A stretch of 64,000 nt of DNA. Source: an uncultured delta proteobacterium (GTDB taxonomy: Bacteria; Myxococcota_A; Polyangia; Polyangiales; Polyangiaceae). This document shows, one piece after another, positions 12,201 to 21,879 of this stretch. Under the pieces are notes generated by a model that saw only the letters and a list, made by a program, of their open reading frames with translations, was not told the DNA's origin and ran no database searches. Each line of letters opens with the position of its first letter. The stretch's first letter is position 1. Made by a program: the position numbers and the translations under genes. Where the stretch lies: positions 512,001 through 576,000 of the forward strand of contig CAWKKR010000001.1 of NCBI GenBank assembly GCA_963850305.1, written 5' to 3'.

Positions 12201-13974
12201 CGACGAATTGAACGACCCGATGCGCGGCGAAGCGGCGCTCGGCAGGTCGATTGAACGTGACATAGGGCGGCACTCGGCCTTCGACCGTCTCTTTCGAATC
12301 GTCCGGGCGCGTCGCGACGGGCCGCGCCTCATCGATCTCGTTTCCGCACGCCTGGCGGTCGCGGAGGATCCCGCGGAGATCGCCAAGCTCTACTGGGAGC
12401 GGGCACGCGCGTTGCGCGAGGCAGGAGATTCCGACGGCGCGCTCGAGGCCCTCGAGAACGTCGCGATGCTCGAGCCGGATCACGTCGGCGCGCTGGCTCT
12501 GACCGGCGAAATTTACATCACGACGAAGCGCTTCGCGGAGGCCGCCGAGAGTCTCGCGCGGCTCTCGGGGCTCGCCGCGGCACCTGCGCAGCAACGGCTG
12601 ATGAGCGGGGTCGCGGCGGTCGACCTCTACGAGAATCGACTCGGCCAGCTCGACCGGGCACTCGAAGTGCTCGTGAAGATGCACGCGTCCGGACTCGCCA
12701 CGATGCCCGTCCGGGAACGCCTTGCGCGCGCGGCGGCGAAGGCCGAATCCTGGGAAAATGCGGCCACGGCGCTCGAAGAGTTGATGGAGCAGCGAGAAGG
12801 GAGTGAGGGGCGGGTCGAAGCGGCGCGCCTCGCGATGGCCGTGCACCGAGATCGAATCGGCGACCCTGCGCGGGCCGAGCGAGCGGTTGCACGACTCCTC
12901 GATGAAGCTCCAGGCGACGGCGAAGCCCTGGATCTCGTTCTGTCCGGGGTCTTCCCGAAGCCCATCACGCGAAGACTGCTGGAGCGAGGACGCACGGCAA
13001 CCGTCGACGCCCTGATCGACGCGCCTCTCGACCTCGAGCGGGTCTTGCGTCTGTCGGAGATCGCCAAGCAACTCGACGACATCCAGCTGCGGCAAGCGGC
13101 GCTCGGCGCGGCGGTTGCGCTCGGCGGTCAGACGCAGGAAATGCTCGAGGAGCTGCGAGTCCTCGATGGGCGGATCGCGCGTGTTCCGCAGATCGCGATC
13201 GACGATCGCGTCGTTGGCAGCCTGCGCGACGCCGAGGACCGCGGACCCATTCCGGAGCTGTTTCGGATGCTGGCGTCGACACTCGCGGAGGCGCTCGGGC
13301 CCGGGCTCGCCGCGCTCGGGGTCGGCAAGAAAGAGCGAATTCGCCCGCAGGACGGGTTGCCCCTTAGAAACGAAATAGCGGCATGGACAGGGGCTCTCGG
13401 ACTGGGGGAGTTCGACCTCTATCTCGGCGGACGCGACAGCGACGGAATCTGTGCGATCCCGACGGAAGTCCCCGCCATCGTCGTCGGTGCCGGAGTTTCT
13501 CATCCGCTCGACGCGGCGCACCGCGCGACACTTGCACGAGAGCTGCTCGGACTGAAACTCGGAACGACGATCCTGCGCCACCGCGACCCGACCGACATCG
13601 CGGCCCTCGTCACGGCGGCTTGCAGCGTCTCTGGAGTGAATCTCGACGCGCCGGCTTACGCGATGCTCGGTGAGTTCGAGCGGCAGCTTTCGAAGGAGAT
13701 CCCGAGACGCCTGCGGAAACCGCTGCAAGATCTGGCAAACTCCATTGCTGCTTCCGGAGACGACCCCATCGCGTGGGTGCGCGCAGCGCGGAGCAGCCTG
13801 GATCGAATGGCCGCGGTGGCGATAGGCGATGTCTCGTGGGTACTCGTCGGCGGCGAGCGCGGCGTCGCTCCGCGGACGAGCGAGGACAAGCTGCGCGCGG
13901 GCCGCGCGCTCTCGTTCGTCGTGTCGCAGGCGTTTTTCTCCGTTCGAGACAAGCTCGGCATGGGGGTCAGGTGA
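9256..13974 (+). CDS. Giant TPR/helical-repeat protein (AgmK-like), ~1570 aa
   Basis: Long Ala/Leu/Arg/Glu-rich helical repeat ORF with GC3-biased codons; TPR motifs (ALENVAMLEPDHVGAL); ATG at 9256 chosen over upstream GTG 9184. Confidence 0.85.
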   Translation: MSFSLPPNSTPLDPLVNETLAMLRRECEATEVEARRGILLHEIGILEDATRNDGQAARDLLTAVNTLPEFHEPLERLVAVIERRKSYKNLGKLVDRLAKIAESPEELARALVALSELREDHESDLAGSREALERATQTKGDDVDAWLSLERLAARVGDSEVRRRALAARADLAVHPEWRALLSIDVGRLHAEAGDVDAAIRSVDRALAAKSAASLGALAELERVGTSSGRTDLVLRALEERATLLERAVRGDDEAEPRGVPAELRSAGHVAEAWLRAGDIYRAQGATDRATTLLDRVRERLPDDSIAARLRLRAAEAAGDAATAAALAQSELGRDTRGPVAAGLWMRVAEAAASNGEATTALDALAKALSEDPKSLPARTLELDLLGGSGLHAALSSALESAAENLESPALAAQLFLLAADSAARGAQDPSAAKASLSQAAAAGAPLEIVARTGRMLAALSRDATWVDEATRRLLATNPPDAERASLWFETIRSKLLRDDVGAAIDAATSLSSVPGAAWLAAALHAYATSARKNTESKVVRGAPALAALAALTEESSLAAGFRLAAALRYQTGGQLDEAIAVLGELHRSDPSHLVAAVALAALHRRQDRPLQAADVLETTSTKLDDRAVAAALELEAGILRWLAGSREGAIAAFETATSNSPSAGSSLLAWSLRAAHPNDVDARRKALKTTLTNEDPGAMAVERFALEVGAGGERHAAVAAVSNAESGGSIGFALDLIRALFDGGQPGERAAARAAIARRGDAAAAIAHAAAHLENVTNRDLDARSREAGAADWATVDHSLGAALEWLAHSMAAGDVEREISARECVAMRLGEPLGSTVLASARIVGRLAHDNLASPLLPGKDPATLLSNLELAPPSCDPRRRAAVLIDAAAALDAGSSGATLALAGWNLLAAGDAARAIRAFRSYVTIHDADIVGWEGLRAAAELAVDKPLLAEASAALGDLVSDPGQGAELWERAATLLLDELNDPMRGEAALGRSIERDIGRHSAFDRLFRIVRARRDGPRLIDLVSARLAVAEDPAEIAKLYWERARALREAGDSDGALEALENVAMLEPDHVGALALTGEIYITTKRFAEAAESLARLSGLAAAPAQQRLMSGVAAVDLYENRLGQLDRALEVLVKMHASGLATMPVRERLARAAAKAESWENAATALEELMEQREGSEGRVEAARLAMAVHRDRIGDPARAERAVARLLDEAPGDGEALDLVLSGVFPKPITRRLLERGRTATVDALIDAPLDLERVLRLSEIAKQLDDIQLRQAALGAAVALGGQTQEMLEELRVLDGRIARVPQIAIDDRVVGSLRDAEDRGPIPELFRMLASTLAEALGPGLAALGVGKKERIRPQDGLPLRNEIAAWTGALGLGEFDLYLGGRDSDGICAIPTEVPAIVVGAGVSHPLDAAHRATLARELLGLKLGTTILRHRDPTDIAALVTAACSVSGVNLDAPAYAMLGEFERQLSKEIPRRLRKPLQDLANSIAASGDDPIAWVRAARSSLDRMAAVAIGDVSWVLVGGERGVAPRTSEDKLRAGRALSFVVSQAFFSVRDKLGMGVR

Positions 13975-16900
13975 CGGCGCCAAAGAATCCACGTACCGAC
14001 GAGGACGTCGATGGCCTGCTCGAGTCGCTGTTGACCGACGACGGTTATCGCGAGGAGCAGCCGACGCTCCCCATCGATCCCGAGCCGCCCGTGCCTTCCG
14101 CTGGACGACCTTCCAAGCCGCCGTCGGTCCATCCGCCGGTCCCGCGCCCGAGACGCTCCACGCCGGTGCCCGCGCCGTCTGTCGCACCCACGGAAAAGCC
14201 GAGGATGCCGAAACCCGTCGCGCCGCGAATTCCGCGACCGGGCGTGGACGCGACGGCTCAGCCGCCGCCCGTCAACCCCGCAGGCCCAGCCAGGCGCGAA
14301 CCATTTTTGCCTGCCACGAGTCCCCCCCCAGGGCCCGCTCGACGTCCGGCAAGGGGTTTGCCGAAAGGTCTGGATCCGGGAATCGACGAGTCCGAGATCG
14401 ACGCCGCGCTGATGCCGCTTTCGTTCCATCCGGCGGCACCCAGCATGCCGCCTACGCCGAGCCAGCCGCCTACGCCCAACCAGCCGCAGTCCGGCGAGAA
14501 CATCACCGAAGTCCCCACGTTCGTGCCTCCCCCGGGCGATGCGGCGGTTATGTCCGAGGGGTTCATTCCGCGAACGAGCGTCCCGGTCCTCGAGATGGGA
14601 GCCGAAGAGGTCGACGACCTCGTCCCGATCGGGGATGACGCGAAATCCGATGAAGCCCCCATCACACGAGCCAGTGCCCACCTCGAGCCGGACGATCCCG
14701 GTCGGCAGTCGACCGGGGAGAGCGGCGCGCCCGCGATTTCCATAGAAGAAGCCTCGGCGAGCGAAGCCCCTATTGCCGACGACTGGCACGAAGACTCGGT
14801 CACTTCGATCCTCGCAACGGAAACCGATCTGATCGGGTCCGAACCTCGCGAGATCGTGCCTTCAGAGGCGCAGCCGAGGCAGTACAAGGACGCACCGAGC
14901 GCGTCAGTCGAGTCACCTCCATCGGCGCACGCTCCGGAGGACAGGAGCTCGGAACGTCCCGCGGCCCTCCACCTGGGCGACCACCGCCTCGCAGAGGCGT
15001 GGGTGGCGCGAGCGGAGTGGTTCGAGGCGGAAGCCCAGACAGCCGGCGACCCGCTGGCGAAAGCACGCTTGTCGATTGCCGCAAGCGAGCTCTGGGCCAT
15101 GTCTGGGAACACGGCGCGCGCTCGGGAAGCCGCAGAGTTGGCCGCTCGCGGGGCTCCGTCCATCGGACTCGGCGCACGGCAGGCACGCCTCCTGGCCGCG
15201 ATGGAAGGGGATTGGAAGGCGGTTGCCGCAGCGCTGGATGCCGAAGCTCGTAATGCCACCACGGAGGCGGCACGCGCCCACGCCACGTACGTCGGCGCCG
15301 AAGTTCACCGCCTTGCCCTGCACGATGCGCAGGGAAGCCAGCGTAGACAGACGCTCCTGATGCGCGCCGCACCCGCAGACCCACGACCTCATCTGTCGCA
15401 GCTCTCCGCGGAACTAGGAAGCGCTTCGGCACCCCCGAAGGTGAAGTTGCCGGACGCGACAGAATTCGCCGCTCTGGCGGCGGCGGTGAATGAGCTCGTC
15501 CGACTGCGCGGCGGCGGGGCCGTCGGCGACTCGAGATCGGCAGCGCTCGCTTTTCAGGATGCGCGACGTGCCCTCGCCGGCTCCGACCGGGCAGCCGCCG
15601 GTGCGGCAGTCATCGAACTCGGCGCAATCCCGGGACTCGGCGACGGTGCACTTTTCCTGGGAGCCGCTCTACTTGCCCCTGCTGCGGAAACGCGCGCCGC
15701 GTCGATACTCGCCGTGCGCCAGCTCCTCGAACGCACGGGCGAGCCCGCGGTCCGCCGTGCGCTCGCGGCACGCTCACTCGAACAAGGGGATCCGGAAGGG
15801 ATGAGGGAGGCGCTCACCGAAGCCGACTCCGGCGTACGGACCTTTGGCGCCGAGGATCGGATCGCACTCTCGGCCCTCACCGGCGGCGACCCGGCGGAAC
15901 TCGCACACAACGCGGAAGCCCTGGCGGCCGACGACGAGCTCCGTCCGCTGGCGGCGGCCGCGGTGTCGGCCAATGCCCTCTCGGGGAACTTGCCCGTCGG
16001 GGATCCGGCGACGCGTGCGCGCCTGTCGCTCGGCCGACGTATCCCGACCGTTGCGTCCCCGGACGAACTCAAGGACGTCGTTCATGCGCTTCGCGCCGCC
16101 GCGCCGGACGAGCAGGCAGGCCGCGTGTTGGCGCTCGAGCTCGACGCGGCCGCCGGCGCGACCAGCGCGGTTGCCGCGGAAGTCGCGAGACTCGCGCCGA
16201 TCGACATTCCGGCACACGGTAAGCTCGCCGCGGCGCTGATCGAAGAGGTGTCAGGACATGCGGATCTCGCCCGACGTCACTACACGGCGGCGCTGGGTTC
16301 ACCGGACGTTGCGGAAGCGGCGGCCCGCGCGCTGATTCAGCCCGATGATTCCCAGGCGGCGGGGCTCCTTTCCACGCTGTCGTCCTCGCTCGGTGATGAA
16401 GCCACCCCGCGTCAGGCCCTGCTCCTGTTCGAAGCCGCGGTGCGTAGCGGCATCGATCACCCGGAGAACACGGAGGACTTGCTCGGCCGCGCGCACGACG
16501 CCGCCCCGAGTCTGCCGTTCGCGGCGCGCCTCGGCGGTGACCTGGCGCGCTCGCGGGGAGACGTGGCAAAGGTGCTCGAATGGCTGCGACGACAGCGCGA
16601 CGCCGCCCGGGATCCGATCGCACGAGCCCTCGACGCCGTGCGCGAAGCGCTACTCGTTGCGGATGACGACCCGAAAGCTGCCACGGGTCTCCTGAACGAA
16701 GCACTCGAAGGGCGCCCGGACGATGTCGCCCTGCACGAGCTCGCGGAACGACTGGATTCCACCCCGAGCCGGGAGCGCGGAGCCTGGCGCGAGCGCATCG
16801 CCAGCAGCACTTCGGATGCCAGAACCAAGAGCTGGCTGCTGTTCGAAGCCGCCACGGAATTCGAGCGCTGCGGCGCGCTCGAAGACGCGACACGAACGGC

Positions 16901-19343
16901 ACGGGCCTCGGCCGCAACCGAGCAGAGCGAGCTCGCCGTGCTTCTGCAGGAGCGCCTCTCGCCGAAGGCCGAGACGACGCCGAAGGATGGGTTGGCGGGC
17001 CTGCGCGTCGCCGAACACGTCGCGTTCACACTCGGCGACGACGACCGGATCGAGAGCACGGCGCGACGCTTGTCGGAGCTCGAGGATCACGGCGAATCGC
17101 TCGCTCACGCCCGCCTCGCGTTCCGACTGGCGTCGAAGACCGAACCCTGGGAGAGTCTGCGCCCGCTCGTGGAGCTCGTGGCTCGTCGCCCGGCCCCATC
17201 ACTGTGGGCGCTGCGCCAGGCCAGTGCACACGCTCGCGTGCAAGGCGATGACGCGCGGCTTCTCGAGGTGGAGAGGGCACTCGAAGATCGCGTCACGCGC
17301 TCGCTCGACAAGGGCACCCTCGCGCTCAGAGCCGCCGAAGCAGCGGCCCGCCTCGGCCAGCTCGACGAGGCACGCACCTTACTTTCGCGCACCCTGGCCG
17401 CGATTCCGGGTCATCTCGTGGCGCTGGACCTGCGGGCCACCGTGTCGGAGCGCCTCGGCGACAGGAGAGCGGCGGCGGAAGACGCGGAAACGCTGGCCCA
17501 GAGCAGCTCCGTGTCGGACCACCAATGGGACGCCTGGTACCGAGCGGCCACGCTATGGCTCGACGAATCCACGGACCCGGACCGCGGACTTCAGGCGCTC
17601 GAACGCGCAGCAGGCATCGACGTCACCAGGAAGGACGTGTTCGATCGCTTGCAGGCCCTCTACGTGGAGCGCGGCGATCGAAAGAAACTGGCGTCGCTGC
17701 TCGAAGCCCGTCTGGCGAAGACCGACGCACCCGAAGAGCGCCTCCTGCTGGAGGTCACGAGGGGGCGGGCGCTGGCGGAGGTCGGCGATCGCGATGCGGC
17801 GCGACACGCGCTGAGAGCCGCGCTCGACGCGAACCCGGATCACGCCGACGCACTCGAGGTCTTCGCGACGCTCTGTCTCGCGGACGGGGCCTTCCATAGC
17901 GCGGAAGAGTCGTTCATCCGGCTCGCCCGCGTCGTGAACGATCCGGAAAAGCAAGTCGAGATCTACCGGCGCCTTGCGGGCCTCTACGACGTCGAGCTGC
18001 CGAACCCGACGCGGGCCGAGATCTGCTACCGCGAGATCCTGAAGCGGCGGCCCTACGACGCGGGAGCCACTCAATCACTCGTGCGCGTTTATGTGCGCCT
18101 GGAGCAGCCGGCGAGGGCGGTTCAACTCCAGAACGAGCTCGTGGAACGCGCCGGGAGCGCGGACGAGAAGCGCGATCGGACCATCGAGCTGTCGCGCATC
18201 TACGATGAATCGGCGGGAGACAAGAAGAGCGCCTTCGCCATCCTCGAGAAGGCGCGGAAAGCCTGGCCCCACGACAGCGTCGTGCTCCGCGCGGTGGCGG
18301 ACGCTCACCGCCGCCACGACGAGATGGCAGCGCTGAACGTTCTGCTCGATCGGGCAGCGGCTGAGGCAAGACGCGCGCTCGCGCACGGCCGCTTCGACGC
18401 CGCATTCTTCGGAATTCTCGAAGCCACGGCCGAGCTCCGAGGACACGCGGACGGCGCAAGCGTCGCGGGGGCAACGGCCGCCGCCATCGAAGGAAAGCCG
18501 GATGTCGAGGTGCGGGGTGCAGGCGCGGCCGCGAGCAGCCCCGCGCTCGATGACCTCCTCGCGCCTGAACTGCTCAGCTCCGCTCTCCGGACGTTGCTGA
18601 AGAAGCTCCCCGCCGTGCTCGACGCCGCCTACCCCGTCGACCTGAGGGCGTTACGCGCGGGTCCGATGCCGCCCGCTCGAGCCGAGTTCGCCGCGGAGAT
18701 CCGGGCCGTCGCCGAATCCATGGGCGTGCGGTCCCTGGAACTCCTGGTGTCGCCCGCGCTCAGCTCCGTGGCGATCCCCGCACAGTCGTTCCCGGCGCGC
18801 ATCGTCCTCGGTCAGGGACTGCTCGATGTCGAGGACGAGGCCGCGCGCTACTTCTGCCTGGTTCGCGCGTTGAAGATCGTCCAGGTGAACGGCGGGGCCT
18901 TCGCGCGCATTGCACCGATCGATCTCTGGCCGGCCACGGCGGCCCTCCTGAGCGCCCTCGCGCCCGGCTTTCAAGCGCAGGGCGTCGATGCCGCCAAACT
19001 CGCGGACGCCAAGCGAAGGATCGATGCGTCGCTGCCGCCGCGTCGCGACGAAGAACTTGCGACGCTCGCCCTCGAAGTGGGCGGCGCGATCGGCAATCGC
19101 GCGAGCCAGCTCGGCCAGGCCGTCGGGCAATGGGCAAGCCGAACGGCGCTGCTCGCGGTCGGGAGTCCATCGATCGCCCTGCGCGGCGTGGCGCTGTCCC
19201 TCGGCCAGGGAGAGCCGCCGCCCACCGACCCCACCGAGCGAATGAAGTGGGTTCTCCGGCAGCCCGAAGCGAAGGACCTCGCTACCTTCAGCGTGAGCGA
19301 CGGCTACGCCGAAGCGAGACGACAGGTCGGACTCGGCGCGTAG
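13971..19343 (+). CDS. Giant TPR protein with Pro-rich/acidic N-terminus, ~1790 aa
   Basis: GTG start overlaps the upstream stop (GTGA); TPR motifs (ALRAALDANPDHADAL, CYREILKRRPYD); C-terminal domain resembles that of the upstream gene. Confidence 0.85.
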   Translation: MTAPKNPRTDEDVDGLLESLLTDDGYREEQPTLPIDPEPPVPSAGRPSKPPSVHPPVPRPRRSTPVPAPSVAPTEKPRMPKPVAPRIPRPGVDATAQPPPVNPAGPARREPFLPATSPPPGPARRPARGLPKGLDPGIDESEIDAALMPLSFHPAAPSMPPTPSQPPTPNQPQSGENITEVPTFVPPPGDAAVMSEGFIPRTSVPVLEMGAEEVDDLVPIGDDAKSDEAPITRASAHLEPDDPGRQSTGESGAPAISIEEASASEAPIADDWHEDSVTSILATETDLIGSEPREIVPSEAQPRQYKDAPSASVESPPSAHAPEDRSSERPAALHLGDHRLAEAWVARAEWFEAEAQTAGDPLAKARLSIAASELWAMSGNTARAREAAELAARGAPSIGLGARQARLLAAMEGDWKAVAAALDAEARNATTEAARAHATYVGAEVHRLALHDAQGSQRRQTLLMRAAPADPRPHLSQLSAELGSASAPPKVKLPDATEFAALAAAVNELVRLRGGGAVGDSRSAALAFQDARRALAGSDRAAAGAAVIELGAIPGLGDGALFLGAALLAPAAETRAASILAVRQLLERTGEPAVRRALAARSLEQGDPEGMREALTEADSGVRTFGAEDRIALSALTGGDPAELAHNAEALAADDELRPLAAAAVSANALSGNLPVGDPATRARLSLGRRIPTVASPDELKDVVHALRAAAPDEQAGRVLALELDAAAGATSAVAAEVARLAPIDIPAHGKLAAALIEEVSGHADLARRHYTAALGSPDVAEAAARALIQPDDSQAAGLLSTLSSSLGDEATPRQALLLFEAAVRSGIDHPENTEDLLGRAHDAAPSLPFAARLGGDLARSRGDVAKVLEWLRRQRDAARDPIARALDAVREALLVADDDPKAATGLLNEALEGRPDDVALHELAERLDSTPSRERGAWRERIASSTSDARTKSWLLFEAATEFERCGALEDATRTARASAATEQSELAVLLQERLSPKAETTPKDGLAGLRVAEHVAFTLGDDDRIESTARRLSELEDHGESLAHARLAFRLASKTEPWESLRPLVELVARRPAPSLWALRQASAHARVQGDDARLLEVERALEDRVTRSLDKGTLALRAAEAAARLGQLDEARTLLSRTLAAIPGHLVALDLRATVSERLGDRRAAAEDAETLAQSSSVSDHQWDAWYRAATLWLDESTDPDRGLQALERAAGIDVTRKDVFDRLQALYVERGDRKKLASLLEARLAKTDAPEERLLLEVTRGRALAEVGDRDAARHALRAALDANPDHADALEVFATLCLADGAFHSAEESFIRLARVVNDPEKQVEIYRRLAGLYDVELPNPTRAEICYREILKRRPYDAGATQSLVRVYVRLEQPARAVQLQNELVERAGSADEKRDRTIELSRIYDESAGDKKSAFAILEKARKAWPHDSVVLRAVADAHRRHDEMAALNVLLDRAAAEARRALAHGRFDAAFFGILEATAELRGHADGASVAGATAAAIEGKPDVEVRGAGAAASSPALDDLLAPELLSSALRTLLKKLPAVLDAAYPVDLRALRAGPMPPARAEFAAEIRAVAESMGVRSLELLVSPALSSVAIPAQSFPARIVLGQGLLDVEDEAARYFCLVRALKIVQVNGGAFARIAPIDLWPATAALLSALAPGFQAQGVDAAKLADAKRRIDASLPPRRDEELATLALEVGGAIGNRASQLGQAVGQWASRTALLAVGSPSIALRGVALSLGQGEPPPTDPTERMKWVLRQPEAKDLATFSVSDGYAEARRQVGLGA

Positions 19344-19352
19344 CATGACGTC

Positions 19353-20148
19353 ATGGGCGCTCTGACGCGAACGAGCACGTCCCTGGCTTGCATGCTCTCG
19401 GTCGGCATGGCGTACGCGGAGCCCGTCGCACGATTTCCCGACCCACCGGACGTCGACCGCGCGCCGGCCGCGAGCCCATCGAGTCCCCTCCCCGCGCCGG
19501 TCGTGGCAACTGCTCCTCGATCGACGACCGGACCTCGAGCGACCCCCGGCGAGTTCAGAACGCGGGAGGCGACACCGTCTCCCGCACCCGAACGCGAAGC
19601 CGGTGCCCAGGTGCTCGCCGAGCGCGGACGGGAGCTCGAGCGAGCCGGCCAGGTGATGGAAGCGATCGGCGCATATACCGACTCGATCGCGCTCGATCCG
19701 AACGATGGTGCAACCCTTCTCGCGCTCGGACGACTCCGAGAGCGCCTCGGCGACACGAGCGAGGCCCTGTTGCTGTTCTCCGCGGCGACCCGATATCCCG
19801 AATTTGCGGGCGACGCCTTCGCCGAGCGAGCGCGCTTGCTCGAGTCCATCGGCCACGACGCGGACGCCGTGCGCGATCTCGAGATGGCCGCCGCGCTCGG
19901 CCCCGACGACGGCGCACGCGTCCAGGAGCTGGCCTCCTGGTACGTCGCGCGACGCGCCTGGCTCCCGGCGCTCGCGCTGTTTCGGCGCACCGTCGCCGCG
20001 GCGTCCGGAACCGATTTGGAGCGCCGTGCCAGGCTACAGACCCGCGCACTTTCCGTCCTCGCGGGCAATTCTGGATCCCGTCGCAGCCGGCCGTGAGCGC
20101 TCCTATTCGTGGGTGCGCCGCGCTTTGGCCCGGCTCTCGAAGCGGTGA
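19353..20148 (+). CDS. Exported TPR protein (+1 frameshift near 20067-20070)
   Basis: Signal-peptide-like N-terminus (..GMAYA), TPRs (AYTDSIALDPND, MAAALGPDD); plausible C-terminus LDPVAAGRERSYSWVRRALARL in the +1 frame; as sequenced the ORF stops at 20096. Confidence 0.75.
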
Positions 20149-20156
20149 TATTTCCC

Positions 20157-20861
20157 TCAGCAACCGCCCGGACCGCACGCCGCTCCCTCGGCGAGCTCCA
20201 CCTCGTTCTCTTCGAGCTCGCTCCAGACGTGTTGCAGAGCGCTCAGCAGGACCTGCGGCGACTGTGCTCCCGTGACGGCAAAGCGTTCGCCGAGGACGAA
20301 GCACGGAACCCCGCTGATCCCGAGCTCACGCGCGCGGGCTTCATCGGCCCGCACCTCCCGGGCATAAGCGTCGGAGGCGAGAACGTCGGCAACCTCGCCG
20401 TGCTCGAGGCCCGCCTCGACGGCAAGTCGGACGAGCGTAGCGCTATCGCTCATCAACGCGCCTTCTTCCAGATAAGCGCGCAGGAAACGTTCCTTCACCG
20501 CACCCTGAATGCCCCGCTCGTGACCGAGATGAACGAGCCGGTGAGCGTCGAACGTATTGCCGGACCGAATGTGCTCGAAGTCGAAGGCGAGCCCCTCACC
20601 TCGCGCAGTCTCGACGAGCCAATCCGTGGCCTGTCGTGCTTGCTCCGTCGTCATCCCGTACTTCCGAGCGATGCGCTCGGGATGGGAGACTGAATTGTCT
20701 CGCTCCCCTGGGGCACCGGAATCGAGCTCGAACGCGTGCCAGGCGACCTTGACGTGCGAGGCATGTGGAAACTCCTCGAGCGCGCGCTCGAGCCGCCGCT
20801 TGCCGATGTAGCACCAGGGACAGGCGATATCCGACCAGACATCGATCCGCAGCTCGGCCAT
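20157..20861 (-). CDS. DsbA family (FrnE-like) oxidoreductase
   Basis: IDVWSDIACPWCYIGKRRL, NTFDAHRL, GISGVPCF, GAQ and C-terminal GAACGPGGC. Confidence 0.95.
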   Translation of the reverse strand: MAELRIDVWSDIACPWCYIGKRRLERALEEFPHASHVKVAWHAFELDSGAPGERDNSVSHPERIARKYGMTTEQARQATDWLVETARGEGLAFDFEHIRSGNTFDAHRLVHLGHERGIQGAVKERFLRAYLEEGALMSDSATLVRLAVEAGLEHGEVADVLASDAYAREVRADEARARELGISGVPCFVLGERFAVTGAQSPQVLLSALQHVWSELEENEVELAEGAACGPGGC

Positions 20862-20868
20862 GGCGCGT

Positions 20869-20896
20869 AACCTAAACCCGACCGCTGGGTTTGCAA
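20869..20896 (-). promoter_or_regulatory. Putative sigma70 leaderless promoter of the DsbA/FrnE gene
   Basis: TTGCAA-N16-TAGGTT-N7-ATG on the minus strand, no Shine-Dalgarno. Confidence 0.55.
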
Positions 20897-21001
20897 CTCT
20901 CGCGGGGAACTCGCGGCTGCGTCGCATCCAGCCAACCGAACATGCGCCGCATGTCGCACGACTTCCTGGAGGCCCTGCGCTACCCTCGAAGGCGTTCCCC
21001 C

Positions 21002-21700
21002 GTGAAGCAATTCGTCCATTACCACCTTCGCACGACCGACGTGGCCGCGGCACGCGCCTTCTACGCCACGATTCTGGGAAACGATGACGCGGACGTCATT
21101 CAGCTCCACGAGCAGGCGCTCGCACGCGGCGCGCGTCCTCACTGGCTAGGCTACCTCGACGTCGGTGACGTCGACGCCGTAGCAACGGCGTTCGGGACGC
21201 GCGGCGCCACGCCACTCGGTCGATGGGTGAATCCCCGAGGCCTCGAAGTGGCGGTCGTCCGCGATCCCGGAGGGGCGATCGTCGCGCTCGTGAAACCCGA
21301 GCCCGCGTTGCAGGGGAGCGCCGGCCCGGCTCACCCCGAAGTCGTCTGGCACGCGCTGAACACCGTCGACGTCGAGCGCGCGAAAGCGAACTACGGAGAG
21401 CTCCTGGGCTGGGAGTTCAAGGAGCCCTTCCACCTCGATGGCGTCGGCCTGATCCATCCGTTCGCATGGCAAGCGGGCGGAGTCGCGGTGGGGTCGATGT
21501 CGGACGTCGCCGCGCGACCGGGCGTCCACGCGCACTGGCTCTTTCACTTCCGTGTCACGGCACTCGAGCCGGCCCTCGAGGCGGCACGCTCTGGCGGCGG
21601 CTCGTTCGTCGCTCAGCAGACGCTCCCGAACGGTGACCGCGTCGCTGTCTGCGACGACCCGCACGGGGCAGCGTTCGCCCTATTCGAGCGGCGCGAGTGA
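21002..21700 (+). CDS. VOC/glyoxalase family protein (two-domain)
   Basis: LRTTDVAAARAFY, HWLGYLDVGDVD, RDPGGA, VWHALNT, HWLFHFRV, DDPHGAAFAL; start could be 20951. Confidence 0.9.
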   Translation: MKQFVHYHLRTTDVAAARAFYATILGNDDADVIQLHEQALARGARPHWLGYLDVGDVDAVATAFGTRGATPLGRWVNPRGLEVAVVRDPGGAIVALVKPEPALQGSAGPAHPEVVWHALNTVDVERAKANYGELLGWEFKEPFHLDGVGLIHPFAWQAGGVAVGSMSDVAARPGVHAHWLFHFRVTALEPALEAARSGGGSFVAQQTLPNGDRVAVCDDPHGAAFALFERRE

Positions 21701-21879
21701 TTCCCCACGTGCCCCGCGCCGCGAGTACGTCGACGGCCATCGGATGGGAGACTACAGTCTGCCGCCGTGAAGGTATCGAGCTCTGACGGACGTCCATGGT
21801 GGTCGCGCAACCACGAAGCAGCGACGGCAACATCCGGGGCGAAAAGGGGCGCCGGGCGGCAACGCGCGGCATTTGCTCG

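Noticed and set aside
11029..14187. 1052-aa antisense ORF and many other long alternative-frame ORFs (e.g. 27857-29692, 43230-45569, 58670-60862)
   Set aside because: Shadow ORFs expected at this GC content; they overlap well-supported genes and have no recognisable motifs.
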